Positions 51,700 through 60,605 of a stretch of DNA of 64,000 nucleotides are shown piece after piece; position 1 is the first letter of the stretch; every line of letters starts with the position of its first letter. The notes under the pieces are model-generated. The model was not told the origin of the DNA, searched no databases, and worked only from the letters and a program-made list of their open reading frames with translations. Origin of the DNA: a virus (taxonomy: Duplodnaviria; Caudoviricetes); IMG/VR virus record IMGVR_UViG_3300020112_000420, positions 1 to 64,000 of that record. One strand, given 5' to 3'. The translations under genes and the position numbers were made by a program.

Positions 51700-52225
51700 C
51701 AAGCCGAAAGGCACGGCACCGGATGCCGCGCCCATGCACGAGAGCAACGGGAAGAAGGCGAACGGTAGCGTGTCGCACTTCCGTTTCAACCGCAAACTCG
51801 GCAACGACGACATTGAGTTGATTCTGACGGGGCTGAAACGCTACCGCCCCCTCGTCAACATCGCCAACGAACTCGACTGTTCCTACGGCGCGTTGCTCAA
51901 ATTCATCAAGGACACCCCCGTTCTCGCGGAAATGAAGTACCGTTCGGCGGAAGGGCGCATCGACATCGCGGAGTCCGCGCTGATGAACTCCATTGCCGAG
52001 GGCAACCTCAACGCGATATTCTTCTTCCTTGACCGCATGGCGCGTAGCCGTGGCTACGGTCAGCATCATGAAGTCGAAGCGGCGGTCAAGGAAAGTGCGC
52101 CGCGCATTGTCATTGGCACGATTGGCAAGGAGCGCATCGAAGCGGCGAAGAAACTTGTGGAAGAAGCGACGAAGGCGGCGAAGGCTTGTATGCCAGACGA
52201 CGAAAACGGCGGTGGCGAACAATGA
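51671..52225 (+). CDS. terS: Terminase small subunit (probable)
   Basis: HTH-like IANELDCSYGALLKFI; DIAESALM..I.EGNLNAIFFFL...ARSRGYG; near TerL. Confidence 0.65.
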   Translation: MKPAQGKKDDKPKGTAPDAAPMHESNGKKANGSVSHFRFNRKLGNDDIELILTGLKRYRPLVNIANELDCSYGALLKFIKDTPVLAEMKYRSAEGRIDIAESALMNSIAEGNLNAIFFFLDRMARSRGYGQHHEVEAAVKESAPRIVIGTIGKERIEAAKKLVEEATKAAKACMPDDENGGGEQ

Positions 52226-52686
52226 GAAAGCCAAGGTTGCAGATTATCCGTGGACTGCCAGGAAGCGGCAAGTCAACCTACGCGCACAAGCATTGGCCGA
52301 ACCTTCTAAAGTTGGAGTTCGACTACTACTGTATGCGCGGAGGCGTGTACGAGTGGGGCGTGAAGCGCAACGAAGAAGGTCAGCGTTGGCTTGAGGTGAC
52401 GATTTGCTCCATGTTGTTCCAACAGATTGATTTCGTCGTGTGCGGCGTGTTCGCGGGAAACGCCGAGCGTTTGGAGTACCTCGTCAAGTTGGCGGAGGCG
52501 TTCGGCTACGACGTGTGGATAAAGACGCTGACGGCGAACTTCGGCAACGTCCACGGTTGCCGTCCCGAAGACCTTGAAGACATGAGAATCGGGTTCAAGC
52601 GGTATGACGAATGGCTGGCGCACAAGGATAACGTAAACATTGGCGACATGCCGACGGAGTATGCCGTTGCGCCATTGGTGGACTGA
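52222..52686 (+). CDS. AAA_33-type P-loop kinase
   Basis: LQIIRGLPGSGKSTYA; GNVHG.PEDLEDMR. Confidence 0.75.
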   Translation: MRKPRLQIIRGLPGSGKSTYAHKHWPNLLKLEFDYYCMRGGVYEWGVKRNEEGQRWLEVTICSMLFQQIDFVVCGVFAGNAERLEYLVKLAEAFGYDVWIKTLTANFGNVHGCRPEDLEDMRIGFKRYDEWLAHKDNVNIGDMPTEYAVAPLVD

Positions 52687-52720
52687 ATAAAACTGAATAA
52701 TCAGAAAAGGTAGGCATTTC

Positions 52721-53245
52721 GTGAAGTTCATGCCTGAAAGCGGCTTCAAATCAAACGATGTCGTGTATACGCCGCCTCGTTTGGCGCGTCTGTTCGTACA
52801 GCACTTCAACCCGCAAGGAAAGGGTCTCGACCCGTCCCGTGGTGGTGGCGCGTTCTACAACGAGTTCCAAGGCGAAAAGGACTGGTGCGAGATAGCCGAG
52901 GGGAGATATTTCTTCGACTACAAGGAAAAAGTGGACTACATAATGACCAACCCGCCGTGGTCGCTCATGCGCAAGTTCTTGATTCACAGTTATGAGATTG
53001 CCGACCATATCTATTTCCTTGTGACGCTGGGGCATTGCTTCACGAGGGCGCGGTTGAACGACATGGAGAACGCGGGTTTCGGAATGGTGGAGTTGTGCCG
53101 TTGCAACACGCCGAAGGACGGCAAGTGGCCGACGACGGGGCTTCAACTCGGCATGGTGCATATCGCACGGGGCTATACGGGCAACATCGCCTTGACGCGG
53201 CTCGACGAAAGCGACGGCAAGGTGCAGGGCGTTCTCGCAATCTGA
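52721..53245 (+). CDS. Small adenine DNA methyltransferase
   Basis: DVVYTP, LDPSRGGGAF (motif I), IMTNPPWS (motif IV). Confidence 0.75.
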   Translation: MKFMPESGFKSNDVVYTPPRLARLFVQHFNPQGKGLDPSRGGGAFYNEFQGEKDWCEIAEGRYFFDYKEKVDYIMTNPPWSLMRKFLIHSYEIADHIYFLVTLGHCFTRARLNDMENAGFGMVELCRCNTPKDGKWPTTGLQLGMVHIARGYTGNIALTRLDESDGKVQGVLAI

Positions 53246-53259
53246 GGAGGTGAAAGGCA

Positions 53260-55086
53260 ATGGTAAACTTATCCACGGGTCGTGACTTCGACGAAGCGGA
53301 CGAAGAGGAAAGCGGTAATGCCGACATTACCGAACACGCCTTTTTCGCCCCCGCGTTCTATGAAGCGTGGGACGATTGGATAACGGGTACTTACACCACG
53401 CCCGACGGAGTGACGCACACGTTGCGCGAGATGATTCTTGCGGGCGGGCGAGGTTGCGTGGACGGTGACACGCTTGTAGACACGCCTATGGGCAAGGTTC
53501 GCATCCGCGACTTCAAAGGCGGCAAAGTGCTGTGCTTTGACGGCGGGCGCATGACAGTTGGCGAGGCGAAGCGTCCGACAATGGGTACGGAAGAAGACCT
53601 TTATGCCGTGACGGTCGAGGACGGTCGAACGATTGTCTGCACCGACCAGCACAAGTTCCTTACGGGCGGCGGCAAGTGGAAGCAAATGTGCCAACTCGCC
53701 CTTGGAGAGCCGCTTGTCATGCTCGGAAAATGCGGCTACGCGGAGAGTGTCAGCGTTGCGTCCATACGTTTCGTCAAACGCGACTACTACTATGACCTCG
53801 ATGTCGTCGGGACGCACAACTACTTCGCCAATGGATTCCTCAACCACAATAGCACAAAGTCATCGTTTGCGGCGGCGGCTATCGTGCTGGCGTTGGAGCG
53901 CGATTGGCAAGACGCGGAAGACCGCAAGTGCGGGCGAAACGGCATGGGCATCGGGCCGAACCACGACCTTCCCGACAAGAAGTGGTATCGCCATCTGACG
54001 AACGCCATTGTCTATCGAAAGGTTGCCGCCACGCTTGCCGATTCCGTCTACAACCAATTTGCGCAGACGATGGGCGACTACATGGGCGAAGCGATAATGA
54101 ACCATTGGAAGTTCAGAAAATCGCCGCTCTCGATTGTCAACGAGGAGTCGGGTCAGGTCATTATGTTCCGTGGCTTGGACGACCCGCTGAAGTCGAAGTC
54201 CATCAAGCCGCCGAAGGGGTACTTCAGATACCTATGGTTGGAAGAATGGGCGGAGTTCGACGGCATGGAAGAAGTGCGTTCCGTCCGTCAGTCCATTCTT
54301 CGCGGCGGTAAGAAGATGCAGTCGATTTACTCGTACAACCCGCCCGAAACGTCGTCGAACTGGGTCAACGAGGAAGCGGAGCGCGTCGTCGAAGGGCGCA
54401 AACTCTACAAGTCGGACTACCTATCCGTGCCAAAGGAGTGGCTTGGGGAGGACTTCTTCATCGAAGCGGAGAACCTCAAAAAGCAGAACTACCGCGCCTA
54501 CCGCCACGAGTATTTGGGAGAAGTCACGGGTAATGGTGGAACGATATTCCCGAACCTCGTTGAGCGCGAGATTAGCGATGAAGAAATCAAACACTACGAC
54601 ATTATTAGGTATGGATTGGACTTTGGTTTTGCCATTGACCCTGCGGCGGTTGCGTTCCTTTACTATGACGTGACGAGAAGGCGCGTGGTGTGCTTTAACG
54701 AAATCTATGAAAGGGGATTGACAAACCAAGAACTTGCAGAGAAGGTGCTGAAGAAGATTGTCAACCTTGAGTTCGTCCATTGTGATAGTGCTGAACCGAA
54801 GTCGATAGCCGAACTCATATCGTGTGGCATCAACGCGCTTGCCGTCCGAAAAGGCCCTGACAGTATTCGTGCGGGCATCCACTTTTTGCAAAGTATGAAC
54901 TCGATTGAGTGCGACATGCGCAGAACGCCAAACTTTTACAATGAGTTCAAGAAGTATGAGTACGAGAAGGACAAGAGTGGAAATTTCGTGTCACGCTATC
55001 CCGACGGGAACGGCGTTGCGAACCATCTCATCGACGCCTGCCGCTATGGATTAGAGGATGATATGACGCACGGTGGACTGTTCTGA
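53260..55086 (+). CDS. terL: Terminase large subunit, PBSX type, containing an intein
   Basis: Walker A GGRG|STKS split by the intein; FRGLDDPLKSKSIK; LWLEEWAE; SYNPP; YGLDFGFAIDP; DSAEPKSI; NHLIDACRY. Confidence 0.92.
   Translation: MVNLSTGRDFDEADEEESGNADITEHAFFAPAFYEAWDDWITGTYTTPDGVTHTLREMILAGGRGCVDGDTLVDTPMGKVRIRDFKGGKVLCFDGGRMTVGEAKRPTMGTEEDLYAVTVEDGRTIVCTDQHKFLTGGGKWKQMCQLALGEPLVMLGKCGYAESVSVASIRFVKRDYYYDLDVVGTHNYFANGFLNHNSTKSSFAAAAIVLALERDWQDAEDRKCGRNGMGIGPNHDLPDKKWYRHLTNAIVYRKVAATLADSVYNQFAQTMGDYMGEAIMNHWKFRKSPLSIVNEESGQVIMFRGLDDPLKSKSIKPPKGYFRYLWLEEWAEFDGMEEVRSVRQSILRGGKKMQSIYSYNPPETSSNWVNEEAERVVEGRKLYKSDYLSVPKEWLGEDFFIEAENLKKQNYRAYRHEYLGEVTGNGGTIFPNLVEREISDEEIKHYDIIRYGLDFGFAIDPAAVAFLYYDVTRRRVVCFNEIYERGLTNQELAEKVLKKIVNLEFVHCDSAEPKSIAELISCGINALAVRKGPDSIRAGIHFLQSMNSIECDMRRTPNFYNEFKKYEYEKDKSGNFVSRYPDGNGVANHLIDACRYGLEDDMTHGGLF
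53455..53850 (+). mobile_element. Mini-intein (132 aa, no homing endonuclease) in the TerL Walker A motif
   Basis: Starts CVDGDTLV; block B CTDQHKF; ends YDLDVVGTHNYFANGFLNHN with +1 Ser. Confidence 0.9.
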
Positions 55087-55091
55087 TTTAT

Positions 55092-55548
55092 ATGCTTGAA
55101 GAATACGAAAACCGTCTCACGGGAGAGCGATACCCAATTTACGGCGACATGCGTTTGCCGCAGATTATATCCATTGTCAAGACATTGACGCGGTTATGGA
55201 ATGACCGTCGATTGAGTTTTGCCCGCATAGGCGACGGGGAACTTACGCTTATGGGCGGAAATGCGGGTTGCGTCTACGAGAAGGGTGGTGATGGGTTCGC
55301 TGAAATGGTGGCGCGTATGCTGACGGAGCGCAATGCCCGTTGCATGGTGGGTCTGTCGTTGCCGCATTATGAACGGGAGCGGCACGAAGTTGGTGTGCCT
55401 CTGTTGCGGGCCGCTTGCATCTGTTCTGGCGTGGGAGTTGTCGCACGAAATGCGCTGTCTCGACATGGGACACTTCCCACGGGAGTTCGCGGAGTTTGAG
55501 CAAGGTGTCGCGCCTACGAAGAATTTTGGGCTGTTTTTCTGCTCGTGA
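55092..55548 (+). pseudogene. GT-D-fold (DUF1792-like) glycosyltransferase with internal deletion and frameshift
   Basis: N-part SIVKTL..SFARIGDGEL...MVGLSLP in the frame of 55092; C-part LVCLCCGPLASVLAWEL..CLDMGH in the frame of 55333-55548; central region missing. Confidence 0.65.
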
Positions 55549-55549
55549 T

Positions 55550-55565
55550 TTGACCTTATGGCTAT
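55550..55565 (+). promoter_or_regulatory. Putative late-promoter motif TTGACC-N3-TGGCTAT
   Basis: ttgaccttatggctat, 20 nt upstream of the portal ATG. Confidence 0.6.
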
Positions 55566-55585
55566 CATCGGAAAGGTGTAGACCT

Positions 55586-57472
55586 ATGTTTGGCAAGATT
55601 AAAGACATATTCGGCAAGGGCAAGCCGTTGGAAGAAGTGAAGAAACCGAAGCGCGAGAAGTCCGCGCTTGAGCGCATTAAGGAGAACCGCGCCCTCAACG
55701 GGCGACCGAAGGTCGGACTGCACAAGACGTTCGACAAGGAAGCCGCGCTGAAGCGGTGCTTTCCCCGTCAGGGCGTAGGCACGAACAAGGGCATTTGCAT
55801 TACGCCCGACGTGCCGATGGGTTCGGCGGCGAACGGTGCGTCAGACGCGCCCCGTGGCACGGTGGCGACGGACGCAAGCGAGGAGGGTGGCGCGGAGGCG
55901 GCGCGTCGCCAAGACCAGTTGGAGCGCATGGAGTATTTCAACCCGCTGTCCCGTTGGGGCATGGACGAGAAGGTGCTGGAACTCTACGAGAGCCGCGTCT
56001 TCATCGGATTCCCCGCAATGGCGCAGATTGCGACGCATGAAATCGTCTGCGGTGCGCTCGACATTCCCGCGAAGGACGCAATCGCGAAGGGCTACACGAT
56101 TGACATTGCCAACGAGGGCGGCGAAGAGAGCGACAAGGACAATGACGGCGTGGACGAGAAGAACGCCGACATGGTGCGGAAGATTCTGAAGGTGGCGGAC
56201 GGCGAACACCGCATCGGCAACGTGTGCCGCAACTTCTGCTTTCAGAAGCGCGAGTTCGGCGTGGCGTATGCCGTGCCGATTTTCAAGGACGAGGAGAACC
56301 ACGACTACAGCAAGCCGTTCAACCCCGACGGCATTGCGAAGGATTCCTTCATCGGCATGAAGGTCATCGAGCCGATTTGGATGTCTTGGGAGTTCAAGAA
56401 GGCGGACGCGAACAACCCGCTGGCGTTTTCGTTCTACGAACCGGAGTGGTATCGCGTCCAGGGCAACGAGCGCATCCATAAGTCGTGGGTCGTCAAGGCG
56501 ATACACGTCCCCGTGTCGGATTTGAAGAAGCCGACCTACTACTTCGGCGGCATGTCGCTGACGCAGATGATTTACGAGCGCATGTACTGCGCGGACAAGT
56601 GCGCCAACGAAGCCCCGATGTTGGTTATGACGAAGCGTCTGTTGGTTGCCGACGCGAACGTGCAGGCGATGCTGTCGGACGACACCGTGGCGAAGAAGAC
56701 GATGGAATCGCTCAACTACTTCCGCGACAACTTCAGCGTGTTCTTCAAGAACCCGAACACGCAAGTCAACCAGATTGACACCTCGTTGGAAGGCGTGGCG
56801 CAGACGGGCATGACGATGTATCAGTTGTGCGCGGCAATCGCGGGTATGCCCGTCACCAAGTTGATGAAGAACGTGCCGACGGGACTCCAAAGCACGGGCG
56901 ACTACGAGATGGCGGACTACCACGAGTTGCTGACGGAAATCCAGGAGCATGACTACAAGCCGCTCATGGATATGTACTTCAAGTGCCTCACCAAGTCGAT
57001 GTTCGGCAAGGTGATAGACGTTGTGGTGAAGTTCAACCCGCTCGACACGCCGAAGCGGGGCGAAATCGTGCAGGAGGAGTCGTCGTTGGCTTCCACGATT
57101 TCGACGTATCTGACGGCGAACGTGATTACGATTGAAGAGGCGCGTGACATTCTTCGCAAGCGCAAGGACGGTTTCTTTTCGGGCATTGGCAAGGTGCTTC
57201 CCGAAACGTTGGAGAAGCGCAAGCAGACGGAACTCGCGCAACTCGACCAGCAGATACAGCAGGCGAAACAGCCGCAGAACCCGATGGGCGGCATGGGCGG
57301 AGAGCCGACGGCGGAGAACGACCCCGCCGCGCAGGAGGAAGAGCAGTTGACATCCCAAGCGGTAGCCGAAGCGGAGAAGGTGATTCAAGGCAACGGCGCG
57401 GAAGGTGGCAAGGAAGAGGAAGGTGGCGAGAACGCCGAACAGCCGCCGAGCAAGGAAAGCGCGGAGGGATAA
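55586..57472 (+). CDS. Portal protein, DUF1073 (HI1409) family
   Basis: FIGFPAMAQIA..., NPLAFSFYEPEWY, IHKSWV, YFGGMSLTQ, IAGMPVTKL...PTGLQSTGD; position after TerL. Confidence 0.85.
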   Translation: MFGKIKDIFGKGKPLEEVKKPKREKSALERIKENRALNGRPKVGLHKTFDKEAALKRCFPRQGVGTNKGICITPDVPMGSAANGASDAPRGTVATDASEEGGAEAARRQDQLERMEYFNPLSRWGMDEKVLELYESRVFIGFPAMAQIATHEIVCGALDIPAKDAIAKGYTIDIANEGGEESDKDNDGVDEKNADMVRKILKVADGEHRIGNVCRNFCFQKREFGVAYAVPIFKDEENHDYSKPFNPDGIAKDSFIGMKVIEPIWMSWEFKKADANNPLAFSFYEPEWYRVQGNERIHKSWVVKAIHVPVSDLKKPTYYFGGMSLTQMIYERMYCADKCANEAPMLVMTKRLLVADANVQAMLSDDTVAKKTMESLNYFRDNFSVFFKNPNTQVNQIDTSLEGVAQTGMTMYQLCAAIAGMPVTKLMKNVPTGLQSTGDYEMADYHELLTEIQEHDYKPLMDMYFKCLTKSMFGKVIDVVVKFNPLDTPKRGEIVQEESSLASTISTYLTANVITIEEARDILRKRKDGFFSGIGKVLPETLEKRKQTELAQLDQQIQQAKQPQNPMGGMGGEPTAENDPAAQEEEQLTSQAVAEAEKVIQGNGAEGGKEEEGGENAEQPPSKESAEG

Positions 57473-57628
57473 ATGCCGACGTTGCCGAAGGGTGAGCCGC
57501 TTCCGCTTGTGAAAAAGGAAAACGCGACGCTGGCATTTCTCAAAAAGTGGTTGCCTCGGTTCGTCGTGAAGACACGGGACGCGACGGGGCGACCGACCAT
57601 CTTCATTGGGTTCAAATGGAAGTTTTAG
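57473..57628 (+). CDS. Small hypothetical protein (51 aa, absent from the ORF track)
   Basis: Starts immediately after the portal stop; ends FIGFKWKF. Confidence 0.4.
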   Translation: MPTLPKGEPLPLVKKENATLAFLKKWLPRFVVKTRDATGRPTIFIGFKWKF

Positions 57629-57704
57629 GACTTGGGCGAACGCCCGCATCGTCGTTGGTGGTGTTCTGAACGGGCGGCGGTGCGGGCGAAAACCCTAACG
57701 AAAA

Positions 57705-57737
57705 GGCGGTTTTCATAGCGAAAGCCGCCATTTTTTT
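57705..57737 (+). terminator. Rho-independent terminator
   Basis: ggcggttttc / gaaagccgcc followed by attttttt. Confidence 0.65.
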
Positions 57738-57754
57738 CGCCCTAAAAAAAGTTT

Positions 57755-57840
57755 AAAATACCCCCTTGCGCGGTAGATGCGATTTATGGTATCATATTGG
57801 TGTCGAAGGGATAAGAGGAAGGCAAGGTGCTGACCGAACT
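57755..57840 (+). promoter_or_regulatory. Early promoter P10 with partial leader
   Basis: aaaataccccc TTGCGC(57766) N18 TATCAT(57790); ggcaaggtgctgacc. Confidence 0.7.
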
Positions 57841-57943
57841 TTGCAAGTATATCGACGAAGGCGGGTACAACCCGAAAATCAAAAAATACGTTCGTTCGCA
57901 AAATTGGGTTGCGGCGGCATAACGGGAAATGAGGAGGTGCGAT

Positions 57944-59578
57944 ATGGCGAACACGAAAGAGAGAAATGCGAAAATCGTCCAGTTCTTCGACGAGGCATTT
58001 GACGAGGAAATGGAACGCAAGTTCAAGGACATGCTCAAGGCGCATTTGTTGGATAACAAGGTCTATGTTTTCGGACACGGGAACTACACCATTGTTCACC
58101 CCCGAAACGGGCGGCTGATGGTCATGCGCGACAAGAGCGCGGCGACGGCGTTTGCGGCGATTCACGAAATCAAGTTTGACAATTGGAGGTGATTGAAAAT
58201 GGACTACATGATGATGGCTACCCACTTCTTCGGCACGGCGCAAGACTTGACGCTCAATGCGAAAGGGTGCGAATACTACGTCTCTATCAGCAAGGGCGGG
58301 TTCAGATACCGCGATACCGAATACGAGGACGATAAGTTTGAGTGCGCGGGTTCGCCAGCCTTTCCGACATACCAGGCGGCGGCGGAGTTCTATTGCAAGT
58401 TGGCGGCGGAGTTCGGTGCGGGCAACTATGATTGGGAGCATCGCGCCCGTTTCGTCAGGGAAGGTGAAATCGCGTAATACGGAGGTTGAAACAATGAAGC
58501 GCAAGCAGAAAGACGGCGGCGGTTTTTGGGTTGAGGTGTCGCGTGAAGGTGACACGAGCGGGGCGCGTATCGACTTCGGGCAACTGCACAAGTTCAAGAC
58601 GCGCCTGGGCGCGGTAGCGTTCGGCACAAGGTTTGTGGAACTATTCTACGACACAATGGCGGATGAGAAGTATACGAAGAAGCGGCTGAACCTTCCCGAT
58701 GTGGCGAATGCGCTTCTATCGGGTGGCAACGTGATTTGCATGGGTCACGAGTTCCTTGTTTGCGGTGGAAAATGAAAGCGAAACGCATTGCAATCGGTCA
58801 TTACAACTATCGTGGTTTAGACATTAGAAGGCACGATGGACGCGGTGTTTCTCATTGGCGTTGGGTATGGGAGATAACCGATAATGATGGCTGTTGGGGA
58901 CATTGGCCAACGCTTGAAATGTGCAAGGACGACATTGATTCAGAAATAGAGAAAGAAAATGCGAAGAAAAGCGGTCACAACGGTTGAGAGCGAAATGCCG
59001 ATGACGGCGTTGCGCAAGGTGCTGTCAATAGCCGAAGACGGCAATCTGACGGAGCGCAAGCGTCTCTCGATGATAGTCAAGGCGGTTCGCATGGCGTTGA
59101 AGAGGAACGACAAGCCGAAGGCGAGGACATGGATTCAGCGCGAACGCGAGGCGTTCCTACGGAGATGGGGCGTATCGTATGCTTATGCGGAGCATTTATG
59201 GTATACTGAAGTCGTGGCGGGAAGGCGCATATCGTCTGATTTTCAAATGGCTATCGTGCGACATGCACAGTTGGAATGCGCGTGGGAAGAGACGGGCGAA
59301 CGCCCCAAGGAGATTGAATAAGTATGACGCAATATGAATACGAGCGCAAGACGACGGGTGAAATGCGGGCTATGCGGCGCGAAATGGCGCGGCGGGCGCG
59401 GTCTTGCTTTTGGTATGCGGTGGGTCATTTCTGTTTGGCGGTGATGACATTCGCCATTCCCCGCGTTGGTCGCCGCGAACGCATGAAGTGCCTAGATGGT
59501 TGGTTCACTATGGGTATGTATCGAAGCGGAATCAAGGTATTGCTTCAGCATAAGGGCGTGGCAGAGCCATTGTTTTGA
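57944..59578 (+). CDS. Six small early-type hypothetical ORFs (57944-58192, 58199-58477, 58494-58775, 58772-58987, ~58959-59321, 59324-59578)
   Basis: Strong GGAGG SDs; coupled; driven by P10. Confidence 0.55.
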
Positions 59579-59590
59579 GTTTATGAAAAA

Positions 59591-59674
59591 CGGAAGGTGT
59601 CAGAATCGGTCAATGAACTGGTCTCATAATCCAGCGCGAAAGCATTGCGGGTTCGAGTCCCGCCCTTCCGACCA
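59591..59674 (+). tRNA. tRNA with CAT anticodon (elongator Met or Ile2), extended variable region
   Basis: Acceptor cggaagg/ccttccg + A + CCA; D-arm tca/tga; anticodon loop ctCATaa (59625-27); T-arm gcggg TTCGAGT cccgc. Confidence 0.9.
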
Positions 59675-59688
59675 TTTTAGTTGTCTGT

Positions 59689-59704
59689 TTGACCGTGTGG
59701 CTAT
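59689..59704 (+). promoter_or_regulatory. Putative late-promoter motif TTGACC-N3-TGGCTAT
   Basis: ttgaccgtgtggctat, 21 nt upstream of ATG 59726. Confidence 0.6.
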
Positions 59705-59725
59705 TGTTGAACGGAGTTTACAAAC

Positions 59726-60601
59726 ATGAGCCATAAAGAAGCAGTTGACAGCCTTTTGAGCGAACTTATCGGCAAGCGTGTCCGCACGATTGCCCATGAT
59801 GCTCTTGAAACCATGAATAAAGCACCGACTTCCACGGCGGTTGGTGGTGGCGACGGAGATGGCGACGAAAAGACCATTGAGGAGCATGACAGGAAGCATC
59901 ATCCCGATGGCTACAAAGGCGGCAAATGCTCATGGCGCGATAAACACGGCATGACGGCGGGACAAGTTGCGACGGGAGCGAGTGGCGCAAGCGGTGCGGC
60001 GGTGGCGACGACAACTCCGACTTGGAACACGGGCGTGACTGCCACGGGCGCAAGCGGTGCGCCGAGCAACGAGGCGACGGGCGCGACGGGGGAAAGTGGA
60101 AACGCCGAGCCGATGGAAAAGGACTTCACGGGCATCAAGGATGGCAAGGTTTGGAAGTCTGGAGCGGAACTTGCGCCGACTTTCCAAGATGAAGGAACGA
60201 AGTCGAAGTACCGCATGGCGCGAAACAAGTTCGTGCGCGAACTCCTCGGCAAGGAGGATGGCACTTTCGACCTTGAATCTGGCAATCCCGTGTCCTACAA
60301 CGACGGCTATCAGGTTGCGTTTCAGACCACGGAATCCGAAGATGGCAAAATGTCGGACGAGGAATATGACAAGATTGTGGAAGAGATTGTAAAGGCAACG
60401 GGCGCAAAGCCGAACCTTGGCAATTTTGAAGTGCCGGAGATTTCGTTCCATGTCGCCACGAAGAAGCAGGCGAAGGAACTTATGAAGAAGTACAACCAGC
60501 ATTCGATATGGGATTGGAAGGCTGGCGACATAATTCTAAACGAAGACCTTGACGTTGCGACGAACAGCGTCAAGAGCGGAGAAAACAAGGAGGAGAAGTA
60601 A
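59726..60601 (+). CDS. Head-region protein: shared N-terminal His/Cys module, Gly/Ala/Thr linker, globular C-terminal domain
   Basis: IAHDAL; GGDGDG..TIEEHDRKHHPDGYKGGKCSWRDKHG; repeated ATGASG linker. Confidence 0.7.
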   Translation: MSHKEAVDSLLSELIGKRVRTIAHDALETMNKAPTSTAVGGGDGDGDEKTIEEHDRKHHPDGYKGGKCSWRDKHGMTAGQVATGASGASGAAVATTTPTWNTGVTATGASGAPSNEATGATGESGNAEPMEKDFTGIKDGKVWKSGAELAPTFQDEGTKSKYRMARNKFVRELLGKEDGTFDLESGNPVSYNDGYQVAFQTTESEDGKMSDEEYDKIVEEIVKATGAKPNLGNFEVPEISFHVATKKQAKELMKKYNQHSIWDWKAGDIILNEDLDVATNSVKSGENKEEK

Positions 60602-60605
60602 TACC

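Noticed and set aside
43474-52686. Split Pnkp RNA-repair system (HAD phosphatase plus AAA_33 kinase)
   Set aside because: The genes are about 8 kb apart and no RNA ligase is visible; there is not enough evidence to link them.
55586-57472. Calling the DUF1073 protein an anti-CBASS Acb1 nuclease
   Set aside because: Size, motifs and position right after TerL fit a portal protein; I see no appended 2H-phosphoesterase domain.
10153-57649. Long minus-strand ORFs (e.g. 10153-11763, 31088-32392, 35870-36802, 37176-38204, 55841-57649)
   Set aside because: Antisense shadows of well-supported + strand genes, expected from GC-biased codon usage; no recognisable motifs.
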